Assembly (NCBI GenBank): GCA_965153355.1
Contig: OZ231126.1
Span: 27,342,001-27,406,000, forward strand
Origin: Flaccisagitta enflata
Lineage: Eukaryota
DNA: 64,000 bases
Direction: 5' to 3'
This document shows positions 1-21,584 of this stretch, piece after piece (the first letter of the stretch is position 1; each line of letters starts with the position of its first letter). The notes beneath the pieces were generated by a model. That model saw only the letters and a program-made list of their open reading frames with translations, had not been told where the DNA came from and searched no databases. The position numbers were made by a program, and so were the translations under genes.

Positions 1-3000
1 GATTAAGGCCACCGAAGGATGGACTTCCACCACCTGTCCTTGTCCCGCCGTGGGACCGCTGGGATCGTCCACGTCGTCGTCGAGTCCGCCGCTGGCGTTG
101 ACGGACATGCCCGCCGCCGCCGCGACGAGACTCGCGCTGAAGTGCAGCTCCTCGTCACTTGTTGTCAACAGAATTTGGTCCGAAGTCAACGACGTGGTCG
201 CGTTGTCAACGACGTTGGTCAACCTCGCCGTCGTGGTCGTCGTGGTCATCTCCTCTTTCTTCAGTAGCTGCGGCTGCGGCTGTTCCGAACGCGGCTGCTG
301 TTGCTGCTGCTGCGACTGACTTTCCTGAGCTCGAGGATGGGCTTTCTTCAAATGAGTGGTCAAATCGTTTTTCACTTTATAAGATTTGTCGCAAATCGTG
401 CAAACGTGAGGCCGAGATTCGGAGTGGTACAACATGTGACGTGCGAGTGACGTGGCGTATTTAAATTCTTTGCCGCATGTCTCGCACTTGCAGTAAGTCT
501 TGTCGCTGTGCGCACGCGCGTGGTACTCCAATTTGTCTTTGGTACGGAACGCTTTGTCGCAGACGGAGCAAGTAAATTCCCGTCGTTGCTGCGACGCGGC
601 GGAAGCGGAAGTGGCGTCGGAATGACGCAGCGCCACGTGGGATTTGAGTTGAGGCTTGGATGAGAAGCCGGTGCCGCAGACGTCGCAGGTGTAGGGCTTC
701 TCGCCAGTGTGTTCCCTCATGTGTCCTTGAAACCATCGCTCGTCCGTGAATCCCTTGCCGCAAAACTAAAGGGAATGGAAAAAGATGGGGGTGGGGGTTG
801 CGTTTGGTCAGAAGAGGCAGATGAATGACTCATCAGAAAGCAAAGTTATATTCTCTATTATTTATGTACCCCGAAATTAGTCTGACAGCCCAAAACAGAG
901 AGATGGTCAGAGACCCCCATGCCTCAACTAGCGTATACTCTTGACTGTCCATTCAAAAGAAATAGCCTATTTCCGAAAAACAGGGAGACAGAAAAATTAA
1001 CAGAGACAACGATATCGAGACAGAAAGAGAGAAGGAAAGAGACAGGGAAAGGGAGAAAGATTGAAACAAAGAAACAGAGTGAAACAAAGAATGAAAGACA
1101 AAAACAAAAAATGAGTGAAATAAGAAAAACGAAAATGAAGAGAGACAGATTAACAAAGTGAGAAACAAGCAATGGGAGAAACGTAGTGAGTGACAAATAC
1201 AGTACGATGGGAGCAAAGACGACAGACGGGAGGATAGATTTTAGGTATCTTAATTCCATTTGATATATAAAAAAATTAAGATCTGTACTAATTAAAGGTT
1301 GTTTTATTGCTTGAATATATTGACTTCTCTCATTCTTCAACTTGTGACTTGACTTCATCAAGACTTCATTTTTCATTGTTCTAACCTAGCTCATCAAATT
1401 GAGCAAAAATTTTTATGAAATTCTAAAAAAAAAATCAGCTCAATGGAACTATTTTTACAGGTTTTATGCCTGTTTTAAGCTTTGCCCAGATATTAATTTA
1501 CATAATTATCAGTCTTGAAAAATGGCTATAAAACCTGTAAAAATAATCCGATTGAGCGGATTTTTTTTTAAAATTATATTAAATCTTGATGGGCTAGGTT
1601 ATAACATTGAAAAATGAAGTCCTGAAGAAGTCAAGTCACAAATTGAAAAATGAGAAAAACTAACATATTCAAGCAATAGAGCAACCTTTGATTACCACAG
1701 ATATCAATTTTTTTATACATCAAATAAAATTAAAATACTTAAAATCTATCCTACAGTCTAGGTCGTCTTTGCGCCCATCGTACAGTAACAAAAGAGTCCG
1801 AGAAGGGAATGCAAAAATGAAGAAGAAAATGAAGACAAAGAGGAAGAAAGAGGAGGAAAGAGAGAGAAAGAAAAAGAGAAAGAAAGAAAGACAGAGAGAA
1901 CTTGGAGAGAAATAAAGCGACTAAAAATAAGGGGTGGATAAAGCCAGCCTATCAAGTATTAAAACGATTTCAAAATGTTAAGACCCAGACATAACTTCAC
2001 TAACCACAAAGTGGTGGAAACTAGAGAGAAAGAACGCTTATGCGATAAGGGGGAGAAAAACCGTCAGCTGCCCCAAGCGTTAGGTAAATAAAAGGGATAA
2101 AAGGAATCTGTCATTCGAATTTCTCCCAAACACACCACGTGGATTTGACAAACAACGATATTTTATTGCAGAGTAAATGCGGACTTGGCAGTCTTCTCGA
2201 ATTAATCCACTTGAAACTCTATTTCGCATTCCTCTCCTGTTCAGAACAAGGTCGGGTAGATGAAAACCCAAGTCGTGTGCGGTTGGGCATAGGAGGTGAA
2301 AAAATGAACACTAAGCAGGGCATTTAGGAAGGAGCGGTGAGACCGTGAAAGCTCATAAACACCGAAAAATCATACGACCATGACCGACCGACCAACAAGA
2401 GGGGTATAGACTATAGAGTTGTGTTGCTTGCGGCAAAAAACTATCACTTACTTGGCACTTGAACGGCTTTTCACCCTGAGCATGCGTCTGCGTATGATAG
2501 TTGAAAGATAACTGGGTCTTGTATATTTTTCCGCACAGGTCGCATTGGAAGCGCACTTGTTTGTTGTTTTTATTGTGAACGCGAATTTCGTGTTTTTCTT
2601 TATTGGAATAATCCTTGAAGGCGAGAGAACAATAAGCGCATTGAAACGGTTTGGCATCCATGTGGATCATGATGTGACGATCTAAGAGTAGGAGAGCAAG
2701 CGTAGAGAATTGGAGGAATGGCGTAGTTAAATTTGACAAGTAAATCGTAACGAAGAGGGTTTTGGAAGAAGAGGGAAACAGGAAAGAAAGATAACAGAAC
2801 GGCAGAACGTGACAACTACAAAGAGGAGATAGGAATGAAGAAGTAATAAGAATACCACGCTGAACTTACCCAAGTTGGTTTTCTTGCAACTGACGTAATT
2901 GCAATATTGGCAATTAAAAGCCGGCGTGGTGGCGGCGTGCTTTTCACGGTGGTGACGAAACAAGCTTCCTTTCCGGGAAAACGACCGATCGCATGAGTCG

Positions 3001-4672
3001 CACTTAAACAATCTTTGAAAGCCGTTTCGAGTCACCGTGTAAGGAATATTTTGAACGGAGCGTTTGGGTCCTCGTTTGCCGGGAGGTTCATCCTCGTTGG
3101 CTTCTGCTCCATCTTCTTCGTCACTCTCTTCATCGTCGTCATCTTCCTCTTCGTCGTCTTCATCCTCGTCATCCTTGGCGTGCTCATTCGCAAATTGAGA
3201 GGTGGATGCGCCTTTGCCGTCGACAACCACGCTGGCTGACGACGCGCCGACGACGATCGACTTACTTCCAGCGTCACTATGATCCGTTTTTATACCGTCA
3301 ATGGATTCCGAGTCTTTGAAGAGAGACGACGGGCTGAGGACCGGAAGCAACGAGCCTAGAGGACCGACGACCACCTGATCGTTGGTTTCGACGTCGTCGT
3401 CGCCGTCCATGATCTTTCCGACGACCAGACTGTTTGGTAGACCGACTCCGATACGCAAAGAAGAGTTGGACAAGGCATTCGAAGCTAAAGAAGAAAGGTC
3501 AATACCCGACGTCGACGACGATGGTAATAATGTCGGCGGTGCGTCGGAATTAGTCTGCAATATTTGCCGTTCAAGATTGGGTCGCGGCGGTTGTGGTTGC
3601 TGCTGCTTTTGAGATTGTTGCTGCTGCTGCTGCTGTGATTGTTGTTGCTGCTGCTGTGGTGGTCTGTGTTGTATGACGATTCGACACGGTTCCATCTGAC
3701 TCGTTTTGCCAGCTAGGGTAACCAAAGTATGATTGGACGTCAACGTCGCCACATTCACAGCGGCGTTGTAGTTGTCGGAACGAGACGTGACGATACGCGG
3801 CACCACGTTGGCCATAATCGTCTCCAAAGCGCGCTTCTTTTTCGTTTTTTTCTTGAGATGGAACAAGCCCTGATGACGAATAGATCGCGAGTGATGCGAA
3901 GATGAGGCTGGGGAATCATTCGATGGTACGTTTTGTCGTTGTTTGGCGTCTCCTTTCGTCGAAGCGGAGGATTGCGTCTTCCGACGATCGTGATTGACTT
4001 CGTCCGCCTGACGACGCGCGGCCCGTTGCTCCACGTCGATTTCGTGTTGTAGACAGTTGAGGATGGCGTCGACGAGATTCCACGGCGTCTCGGACGAATC
4101 CCGACTCCATTCACGCAGCGGCCGCAATCCACCTCCTCCGACCCCGTTGTTACCGTCGTCGTTGTCGCGATCGTAGGCCGTCTTCATCATCATCTGTCGA
4201 CGTACGAACCATTTCGAAGGATCCGTCAAGTCGGAGGCACGTGGAGGACACGTGGGCGTTGGTAGAGACGATGGTGGTAGAGGAGGAAGAGGAGCCGATG
4301 AGGAAGAGGACTGTGCCGAGGCAGGTTGGATGTCGTATGAAGCACGAAACAAGACGAAAACGGCACGATCGCAGAGAACCGGGATCACCGCCTCGAAAGA
4401 TCTAAACGGGGAAATGCGAGGAAAAATATGCGTCTATGTTTGTGTGTATCAGCGTATGTTAATGCGTTTAAGGAAGAAACAAAGACCTCCACTTTTCCAT
4501 AACTACGGCATTACCTTATGACGTTGTGTGAAAAACAAAGTCCGTATTGAAGCGGGGAGACGCTCCATCCGTGAGGGAGAGCGGTAGTGACGATGGCGGC
4601 GACGTCCGCTAAAGACGCGACCGGCGCCGCCTTCAAATCCGCCTGACAATCGATGTCCGATGAAGCCTTCAT
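1..4672 (-). CDS. Multi-C2H2 zinc-finger protein (9 fingers visible), 3' end beyond window start
   Basis: Phase-consistent GT-AG model on minus strand: 4672-4515, 4401-2870, 2681-2452, 765-<1. Splicing rebuilds split fingers (CQYC..KTNL|DRHIMIH; KPFKCQ|FCGKGF). HTGEKPY linker, polyQ and acidic tracts present. In-frame stop upstream of ATG 4672. Confidence 0.88.
1200..1785. mobile_element. Palindromic TA-flanked MITE (Tc1/mariner-type)
   Basis: TA|CAGTACGATGGGAGCAAAGACGAC ... GTCGTCTTTGCGCCCATCGTACAG|TA; arms complementary over most of their length. Confidence 0.82.
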
Positions 4673-4999
4673 CGTCGTCGTCGTCGTCGACCAAAATTAC
4701 AGTCATCGAAATCTGTTGAAATTAGTGAAATGGAGAGAAGAACCAGGAGAAAAGAGGCAAAGGGGAAATGATCACAGGACAAGGACAAGGATTTTAAGAC
4801 AATAAGATAATAATCGGACGACTTGGAAATATTCAGAGGGAGAGGAAAAAGCAAATTGACAAAAGGGACAACGGAGGAAATTGCAAACCGGAAAAAAAAA
4901 AGAGACCAGGGAGGGGGGGAAGGAGGGAATTTCGAAGAGGCAAAAGGCAAAAAGGTGCAAGGGTTCAAGATGCAAATAACAGAAGAAGTGAGCTGGAGG

Positions 5000-5272
5000 A
5001 ACAAGGCCAAGTTAAGGCCAATAAGTGCGCCTCGCTTGATTAAGAATTTATGAATGAATGAATGAATGAATGAATGAATGAATGAATGAATGAATGAATG
5101 AATGAATGAGGTAAGGCATGAAAGGTGATAGGAATGAAGAAATGCATCAGAATCAGCCGTTTTGCGCATTTCAAACGTTTGCGTGACCGACCGACCGACC
5201 AACCGACCAACTGACCGACCAACCAACCAACGGACATGACCTCTTATAGAAGTGCGAGGACGAACTTAAAAA
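5000..5272 (-). mobile_element. HINE-like element, family B with (ATTC)n
   Basis: Close match to 43923-44160(+); related to 43663-43791 and 62890-63012(-). Same end architecture as family A. Confidence 0.65.
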
Positions 5273-5336
5273 CAGGCGGACGGACGGACGGACGGATGGA
5301 CCAAATTAAGGTCTAAAAGAGCTAATTAGTGGGCTC

Positions 5337-5838
5337 AACAGGTCGCCCAAGGGCAATATGTGGTCAGCGATACCCGTTGCCCTGCTTTGAGTGATTATGA
5401 ATTGGAGTGAGGGGAAGCAGGGCAGCGGCCCCAAAGGGGAGGAAGTCCTGTAGAACACAGGGGAACTTTCGTTCGTCCTGCCTGAACAAGTGGATGAGAT
5501 GATATAGCCTGAGAAGCCAGGTTTGAGGCCTGAGAGGTTGGATTTGAGGTCTGAAAGGCCAGTTTTGAAGCCTGAGAGGCTGGATTTGAGGCCTGATGGG
5601 CTGGATTTGAGGCCTAAGAGGCTGGCTTTGAGGCCTAAGAGGCTGGATTTGAGGCCTAGAGAGCTGGATTTGAGCCTGAGAGGCCAGATTTGAGCTGAGA
5701 GGCCAGAATGAGTCCTGGGGCCTGACCGGGAGAGAGGACGAGACGGACAGGCAACGGGCGGACAGCGGACGGACAGACGAGGAGAAGTCCCCCTGTGCTC
5801 TACAGGACTTTGTCCCCTTCGGGGCCGCTGCCCAAAAA
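5337..5838 (-). mobile_element. HINE-like element, family C (GGGCAGCGGCCCC subterminal IRs, internal 21-bp tandem repeats)
   Basis: ~50-bp asymmetric subterminal IRs and a 3' short palindrome. Relatives at ~7420-7537, 11913-12838, 24290-24738, 48180-48697 and 48714-49365. Confidence 0.65.
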
Positions 5839-6352
5839 ACAAAAATCAAGCCTAAGAGTCCTGAAATTTACACCTGCGCCCTTCAGGGCCGCTGCCCAAA
5901 AAAGGAAAACAATCGAGGATGAGAAAAACAATCAAGAGGATAAGGAAAACTACCAAGTAAGGAAATGGACCAGTAAATAAGAAAACAACAACTAGACAAC
6001 AAGAAAAACAGTCACTGAGGGTAACCACGAGAGGAAAACAATCAAGAGGGCAAAGAAAACAGGAAGCGATTTCTCCCTCTCTACGACGTCAGTTCTTTGT
6101 AAATAATTGTCAATAGTTAAAAGTTAAATGTGAATTCGCACGCGAGAACCAGCTTTAAAGTTTAATAGACATAATAAAAGATAAGGATTAGTTGCCTGTA
6201 AATGGCACTTGTATTCGTAGTGCAAAAACAACAAATACGTGAATATAAAAAAATTTGCATTTTGATCAGCATTTACATATTCAACGGCCTCATCAAACAA
6301 CCATTCTAATTCTAATCAATTCCAGAAAGGAGAAAGGAGAAAACAATCTCTA

Positions 6353-8218
6353 CAGTCAGTCCCAATTCCACATTCATCCATATGCTCGTATCTCAACATA
6401 TTTCGGCAAACCAAAACTTTTTCCATCTGGGCATATTTCGATATATCGAAATATGACTTACAAGAATTTCATTTTTTTCAGTTGTGTCTTTTGTAATATC
6501 AGAATCAATTTCATGTAGCTGTTTGTCTTGTTTACGGTCTTCAATGATTTTGACACCTATTTTCTTTAAAAAATTGATTCATAAATGCAGCACCGTTCAA
6601 TCACATCATTAGATTAAGTTTAAATCCTTCTTTCTTTTTAATCTCACTGATTATTCAAGAGTTGGGTATAAAAAGCCAAGTAAATAACAGGGGGAGGAAA
6701 GCTAAAAATTTTTTAGACATTTGTAGCTTTTTGTAGCTTTTTTTAACATTTTTTAGCTGTTTTTCAAATTTTAAAGTGTGCAAAAAGTTAAAAAAAACTA
6801 AAAAAAGCTAAAAAACGCTAAAAGAAGACTAAAAGGCTAAAAAAGGCTAAAAAACCTGTTTTTTATCCGAGCCCAGGAAAAAAACAGACGAAAAAGCTAA
6901 AAAGGGCAAAAAAGAGCTAAAAACTAAGAGCTAAAAATGGAAAACATATGCTAAGACATGAAAACAGCTAAAAAAACATTAAAAAAGCTAAAAAGTTAAA
7001 AAGGCTAAAAAGCTCAAAAAGCTAAAAAAACATGAAAAAAGCTAAAAAAAAGCTAAAATCCAAAGAAAAAGCTAAAAGCCAAAGAGCTAAAAAGCAAAAA
7101 AAAACTAAAAACTAAGATCCAAAAATGGGAGACATAAGCTGAGACATGAAAACAGCTAAAAAACATAAAAAAAGCTATGAACTGTTGAAAAAGGCTTATA
7201 TCATAGAGAAAATCATGAGAAAAAGCAAAAAAAGAGCTAAAAAACATTCAAAAAATCGCTACAAAGAGTTAAAGAAGGCTAAAACATTAAAAAGAGCTAA
7301 ACAAGCAAAAAAACAAAAGAACAAAAGAACAAAAAATTCGCTGCAAAGAGGGAAAAAACGCTAAAAAACAGAATTACACTAGAAAAGGGAGGGCTAATTT
7401 GATGCTGTGATGGTTGACGGAGGGGGGGGGGAAACAGACGGAAGGATGGACAGAAGAATGGATGGAAGGACGGACATCAGGAAATTCCCCCCAGTGTTCT
7501 ACAGGACATTGGCCCTTTGGGGCCGCTGCCCAAAAAGTAGGTTTAACTACTTTATTCCATTGGCTTTTAAAATTTCAAAAATCTGTTTTAGCTTTTTATA
7601 GTCTTTTTTAGTCTTTTTTAGTCTTTTTTAATTTTTTTTAGCTTTTTTTAGTTTTTATTAGTCTTTTTTAGTCTTTTTTAGTCTTTTTTTAGTCTTTTTT
7701 AGTCTTTTTAGTCTTTTAGTCTTTTAGTCTTTTTAGTCTTTTTAGTCTTTTAGTCTTTTTAGTCTTTTTAGTCTTTTTAGTCTTTTTCAGTCTATCCGCA
7801 GCTAAGTGCCAAAGTCATGACAAATCTTTAAAGCTAAAAACCGCTAAAAACAGCTAAAATCAGCTAAAAAAAATTTCAAAACCGCGAGGAACTTCCAATT
7901 GGAGATTTGGATGGAGGGTTATTTTAGACATTTTTAGCTTTTTTTAACTTTTTTTAGCAAAACTTTAAAGTGTGCAAAAAGTTAAAAAAAGCTAAAAAAG
8001 ACTAAAAATGTCTAAAAAATTTTTAGCTTTCCTCCCCCTGAAATAAGATCAGAGCTTGATAATCGCTAAAAGTACTTACTTTTGAGTTACCGAACTAAAA
8101 GGGAAATTTGAGAGTCATATTTCGATATATCGAAATATGCCCAGATAAACCAAGTTTCGTTATCTCGTAATATGATGAGATATGGTCATATGGATGAATG
8201 CGGAATTGGGACTGACTG
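6353..8218. mobile_element. Tc1/mariner-type MITE (TIR CAGTCAGTCCCAATTCC) split by a nested element
   Basis: ~110-bp imperfect TIRs including the palindrome CATATTTCGATATATCGAAATATG. TA on the left flank, TC on the right. Confidence 0.8.
6688..8040. mobile_element. TIR element (CAGGGGGAGGAAAGCTAAAA) rich in AAAAAGCT/TTTTTAGTC repeats
   Basis: ~35-bp near-perfect TIRs; AAATAA on both flanks. Confidence 0.8.
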
Positions 8219-8682
8219 TCTAGTCTGCCCAGGTTTCTTTATCAAATCCAGCAGCAGCCGCGATTCAAGCCTGACTAGTTTTTAAACCCCGTCGCTACCA
8301 AAAAATAACGATCGACCTTTCTCCTTCAGCCATTCACTCTCTTTCGGCCTCGAGATCGCAAGACCTACGACGGGACGAAAACTTTTTTGTCGTATTTGTT
8401 CCCGGATCAGGATCTCGTCAGTCCGGTTTTCGGAATAACCTCTCGTAAATGAAAAAAAAAGGGTTTATGAGTGAGAGAAAGGTGAAAATTTGAAACGTGC
8501 AAGGTCGCTTCGAATTTCTTTTTAAATCGCGAGAATGCCGAGTGGAAATTCAAAACTTGAGACGCCAGACCTACGACGTGTCACTCATTCTAGTCATACT
8601 CATTCGTGGTGACTCAAACCTAGCAAAGAAAGGGAGAGAAAAAGACGCGAGAAAAAGGGACACCCGACGCTCACTTGGGGCG

Positions 8683-15922
<7,240 letters not shown>

Positions 15923-16796
15923 GCCACGATTAGGCCTTTTAACTCCATGTTGCGTCATTTCGTTTTTTGCCTCATTTTCACGAAATATGAAACATAACTA
16001 TCCACTATGAAAGGCTCCTTGTTATCTCTACGTTGAAACATGCTAAGTCGTCTAATATTTTTTTTTCGGGATAGTTCGCTATTTACCATAACTTATTGAT
16101 TAAGCTCCCGAAGTTCATGGAGTTTGAATAACAAGACAATTTTGATGTACATAGACAGATTTGTGAAAAGTTAGCTTACCGGTCTTACAGCGATTTACTT
16201 TAGTGTTTTCTTCATCGTTGCTGAGCATCTTCAGTCTTTACATCTTTAAAGCCTAGACTGCTCATCTTTCCCACAAAGCTGGTAGGTAGAGGAGCTGCGA
16301 GCTGTTGACTCAAACAAAATCCTGAACCCTCATCGCTCCGAGCCCAAAAGCAGGGAGCTCAGAATAAAGCAAAAACAGAACTCCCAAACGCAACCGCACA
16401 CACAAAGCTATGTTTGCACAAAGCCTTTCAAGTAGCTCAGCTTTAAATTCGAACATTACGCAATCGCCTTGGAAAAATTGTCAAGCCATGCCAAACATAA
16501 ATCGTTACTAGCGTTTTAAACTGATAAGCAAGTCCACATTAAGAACCACTCTCGAAGATCAGTGAGAATGGGCGATTGGGATGGGAGATTTGTTCGATGA
16601 AGAACATCACAGAGACATTTTGTGGAACAGCGAGGACTTGGCTAGCTTCCGCTTCTTCACCGTGCTTATCGTCTACACGGATATGATAGTTATCACCGTT
16701 TTTCTCGTGGCAGCGGCCAGATTGCTCCTGTAGCAGTGCATTTCATATTTCGTGAACTACAGAAACTACAAAAACTATCAAAAATTTAGACCAAAG

Positions 16797-19700
16797 ATGC
16801 GACCAGACTACATTATCGCCGCGTCGTTCGTCACGTTCGCGTCCATATACGTCGCTCATCGTCGGCTACAACCGGACAAGTGCTTAGAATGGACCATACG
16901 TCTCGTAACGATGATCCACGCCGCCGTCGTCACGTCCCTCGCATATTTCTCCTGTTTTCTCCTCGGTCCGTGGCCCTTCAACGAACCGGGACTAGATTCA
17001 AACTCTTTCAATCTCGCCATCATATCTATTTGTTTAGGGTATTTTATCTTGGACTATCTTTGGTGTCTCAGATACGGTACGGAGAGAGTTATCATGCACA
17101 TCCATCATTGGTTCAGCCTCGTCTACCTCACCTGGGGCCTTTACTCGAAAGTGAGCGGAGCGGAAATCGTGGGTGTCATTTTTGGATCGGAAATAACGAA
17201 TCCTATGCTGCAACTTCGCTGGATGTTACGAAAGAGCGGAAATTACGAATCGACTGTGGGAAAAATCAACGATATTCTTTTCGCCATTACGTTCATTAGG
17301 TCGGAAATGCCGTGAAGATTAACAAGCGAACAGACGGGCGGTTTATTTGATGCTAAGACCAATTAAACCACCAATTACAGATCAGAGCGTATTTGAACGA
17401 GAGGCCCCCACTTTCAGGAAAGATAACTGTAGCAGACCCCCTACAGCCTAGTAGGTTGAGGCTCGGGGTATGATTGAGGTATCATTTGAAAGCTTATGAG
17501 AATACAAATGGCGCCATCAGAGGTATTTTTAAATTTTGTTCCCTAGCTCAAGATATAGCTATTCAAAGTATCAAATTTAGCTTTTTTTAAACAACCCCAA
17601 AAAAGTCAATTTTTACACCTTTAAAGTGCTGTAATTTTAGTCAGGGCTCAAAACTAAAAAAACGCTCTGATGGCGCCATTTGTATTCTCATAAGCTTTCA
17701 AATGATACCTCAATCAAACCCCTAGCTCTAACATACTGGGCTGTAGGGGGTCTGCTACAGTTTTCTAGGGGGCCTCGCGTTCAATTACGCTCTGACCTGT
17801 AGACCACCCAAACAACCCTAACTAATATTATGCATTATGCTGACGTCACTTAACAAGTGACGCGGGGTCACAAAAAAACTCACAATATCATTGCGGACGG
17901 ATGGGCAAGGGCGACCAACCCCCATCCCTAGCCCAACCCACACACTTACGTCGTGGTGCACATGAGCAGCAAATTTGGGTAGTCATTTTGCGTGAAATTC
18001 TTAGTCTATGCAAAAATTTGCATTTCTAAAAACACAACCTTTTGCTTATATGTTTTTAGAATAGGGCCATATTTAAAAAAAAAAAACAATTTTTTTTATT
18101 CAGAAACAGATTTAGAATTTCAAATAAAACAAGTCAAGGAATGAGGTTAATTTTCTTTAATTTTTCTCAACTTTTTAAATTGATTTTGTATATATAAATG
18201 ATTCTCACTGCAAATAAATCAAGAATTTGGAAAAAAGTCTAAGAATACCTTTGGCTTTATGAGACCTACGGCGGAAATCGATTTTCCCCTTTTCTCATGA
18301 GTGGTTTGCGAAAGTTGATCAGTTTTTGGGCCCGAATGATGCTACGCATGAAATTGATAGCTAAAAAAGAGCTAATTCTCCTTTTTCAGATGACACCTAG
18401 CAGAATTCTGTGTGATTGATGGTTTTGGAGCTATGATTTTTTGAATTTTTTTTTATTTTTCCGCATTTTTCGCATTTTTCCCAAAAACGAAGAATCGAGT
18501 TAGTTGAAGTCTAATTGAACTTTGAAATGTTCCAGGTGATAATTGTGCATCCTGGCAGCACAGTCTATCTCTCATTTCAACTCCAGACTCTGAGAGGCTT
18601 TGTCCGCCAGTCAATCCATTGGTCTGTTGGTCCGTTTGTCCGTCCGAGTGAAAAAGTGGAAAAATAAGGGGTCTAGATGCTTGTGTGTGGGGGTTGAGGT
18701 TGGGGTGTGGATGGGGGTTAAATGCTCTTGTCCGCCTGTCCACAACTCTTGTTTTTTCTCTAAGCATTTATGACTTTTTTCCTACAGCGATTAACCGCCT
18801 TTATTGGTATATAGTAATAATACAGTTTTTTTTTTAAATTGTAAATTTATTACTTTAATATTTTTTTTTAGAATATGATTTGACCATAGAAAGTGGCCCT
18901 TCGTGTGCACCTTGACTTACATACACAAAAAGTATCTAAAACGCTAGTTTTTCAACCTTTCGACTCAATGACCCCTGACCGACTGACGGACGGACAAACC
19001 AATGGACGGACAAAGCCTTTTTTAGAGTTGCGTGTCGGCAAGTTAAGATTGGGTATGATCTGAATGGATAGGGGGGGTGGGGCTATTCGGGACAAAAAAA
19101 CAACATTTTTCAATTTAAAAAATTTTAGGATTAAATTGAAAAATCGGGACTGGTGCTAAAACATAGTTAATTGTTCCCTCTAAAAAGCCAAGTAACAAAA
19201 ATCATCCTAGGGGCCCCTTAGGGGCCCCTTTTTTTTATACCAAGGGCTTGTCCCGAATTACCCCACGGCGGGAAATTCGGGACTTAAAGGGTTTTTTTAA
19301 AAAAATGGCCCAGAGGGCCAAACCAAGTGAACAATAAGAATGAACTATGTCCCAAATTTCCCGATTTTTAAAAAAGCTTACTAAAAAAAGTAATAACGCA
19401 ATTTTAATATTTTTTTTCCTTAAAGTACAGATAAATGAGTACTTTCAACTACAAAAGTTGAAAAATAGCAAAAAAAATTATTTTCTAGTAGTTACAGCAA
19501 AGTTTGCGACACCATTAAAAAATTCAAACCTGAGAGTCCTAGAATCAAAGTGGTGCTGCTGCTGCTGCGGCAGCAGCAGCAACCTGAATTCTTCAGCGCA
19601 ATTGCCCCATACCAAGGGTCATAGGTCGATCCCATAACCATTGTTCACTTCCATAAAGTTAAGTTCATATGTAGTCATTTATTTAATTTTGTCCCGAATT

Positions 19701-20142
19701 GCCCCTGTCCCAAATAGCCCCACCCCCCCCTATAGCTTGCAGACCGAGCGACTTTTTCTACACACAGCAGAACTGCTTTGAAAACTTTCTGAAGAAAGTG
19801 CCATGGAGCAAATAGACCAAGCAATCAATCGCTTGACGGAAATGACTACATGTGGCTTTTATTTTCTTTGCATTCCTTACTTTTCGTAGCACACGATGCG
19901 GAGTCGGCGCATACTTCCTCTACTGCGTGTTGACTCATCCACGACCCTCGACGACGGTAAAGCTAGGCGGCGTCGTCTTTTACGCCATCAGCTGCGTCTT
20001 CGGATTCCAAGTCGTGGCGTTTGCGAGGCGGAAAATTACCACGTGGCGGCAAAATGGCGTCGTCTCAAGTCCGTCGCCTGCGACTGCGCAATCGACTGAG
20101 GAAGAGACAAAATCCTGTGTCAAGACGAAAAAAAAAGAATAA
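16797..20142 (+). CDS. TLCD5: TLC (TRAM/LAG1/CLN8) domain membrane protein, TLCD5/TMEM136-like
   Basis: Exons 16797-17299 and 19890-20142 join as FIS-TRCG. Motifs RLVTMIHA, GPWPF, GYFILD, HIHH, GSEITNPMLQLRW. C-terminal KKKE. Confidence 0.8.
17378..17799. mobile_element. Palindromic TA-flanked MITE
   Basis: TA|CAGATCAGAGCGTA ... TACGCTCTGACCTG|TA with long internal inverted arms. Confidence 0.82.
17952..18914. mobile_element. Short-TIR element with 8-bp TSD inside a HINE-like element
   Basis: CGTGGTGCACA ... TGTGCACCTTG; flanks ACTTACGT / ACTTACAT. Confidence 0.6.
19071..19730. mobile_element. MITE with G-run termini
   Basis: TA|GGGGGGGTGGGGCTATTCGGGACA ... TGTCCCAAATAGCCCCACCCCCCCC|TA. 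Confidence 0.78.
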
Positions 20143-21584
20143 AATGAGGGTGGAAACAGGGGCTCAGCGAATATATTTAGCATTCCGCCGTTTGTGCCTT
20201 AAACGATCTACGCCGTTAAAACTTACATGCGTGAGACACGATTTATTCAAATAACTGTAGAATAGTTGTGCAATTATGATCTCTCGAGCATATCTTCTCG
20301 CGCTTTTTGCCGGTATCCTATTAAACTGTATCCAAGTGCTTACAAAATACTATCATTCATGAATTATGTTTCAATCGCATCAGCAGCTCTAACGTTTTTT
20401 TAGCCGTTAACGTTGAAATAAAAGGTTCACTTTCCCATGTTTACAACTAGTTAACTGATAGGAGAATGAATACCTAGCCGAATCCGACATAACATCTGGC
20501 TAATATTTAACGTCACACCTTTGAGGGCCCTCAAAGCATAGAAGATATGCACTTAGCTGCATCAAATTTGAACACAAGTTAGCTAGTTAGTGACACTTGC
20601 ATGTAAAATCGGCGTTCGGACAATTAGGATGCGCACCACCGCCCTGAGAAGCATCAAGCATGAAACGCGTTGGCAAATAATCATCAATTTTTATTGAAAT
20701 TTCACTGAAAATGGATACTTTGCACAGTGGTGCTTTTTGCGCTGATTTAAACTGGACGCAGGTTGGGGAAGATTATGTATCGTAGGCAAACATCTTCCAA
20801 CACATTTAGAGGAAGAATAGACGGGATAAAAGGCGCAAAAAAAGGAATTCTCTTCACCCTCAATGACCGACAATACTCCGCTTTTTGTTGATTTTGATGT
20901 GGGAACAATTTTATTATATTGGAGATATTTCCCAACCCCAATCAACTTTTGTCATTTTATCAAAAATTTTAGTAAAATATACATTTAGTTAATGATTTTT
21001 GGCATTTATTTGTATTCTTGAAGAATTAGAATGACTTATGTTAACATACTCCAAATCAATAAAGGTCAATATTGTAAGATTCCAAATGATAGTTTTTAAT
21101 GTGATTTCACCTCTCTTTAAAGATAAACCTGAGATAAAGGTAAAAAATCTTCAGTCCCAATGGGACCGATGAGGCGGGGTTCTACTGTACTTACAAATCG
21201 CGCTTTGTTAGAAAGCTTCCCGACTGATGCAAACGCAATCTATTCATTTTTCATGTCACTCTACTAGAGTATTTGGTAAAAAACAGATGATTTTGGGTCT
21301 TTTTTATTATACCTGATAACATGAAATTGTTGGGACACATTTCTCTGCGCATTTACGACCTTATTTTCCCACGGCTTTACTGATACCATATATATTTGCT
21401 CCTGACTACCTATCTTTTTAGTCGCGTGCTACGCGATTCTATATCCCGCTTTGTCCGTCAATCCGTTGGTTGGTCAGTCGGTCGATCAATTTTTATTTTC
21501 ATATTCGTAATGTTCTTATTAAGTTTTCTAAAGTCAAGTCATTTGAGTCAAATACGATCATTTTCTTGAACAGTTTAAGTCAAT

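Noticed and set aside
19-763. Short ORFs listed in the track near the window start
   Set aside because: Antisense or off-frame shadows of the zinc-finger exon, whose true frame is open to the window edge.
5306-5849. 178-aa and 161-aa repetitive ORFs (LKSS / RPQIQP repeats)
   Set aside because: Arise from the 21-bp tandem array inside a family-C repeat element.
21470-21584. N-terminus of the 699-aa RT ORF
   Set aside because: Falls in flanking HINE-like sequence with a non-ATG start; chance read-through rather than a fusion gene.
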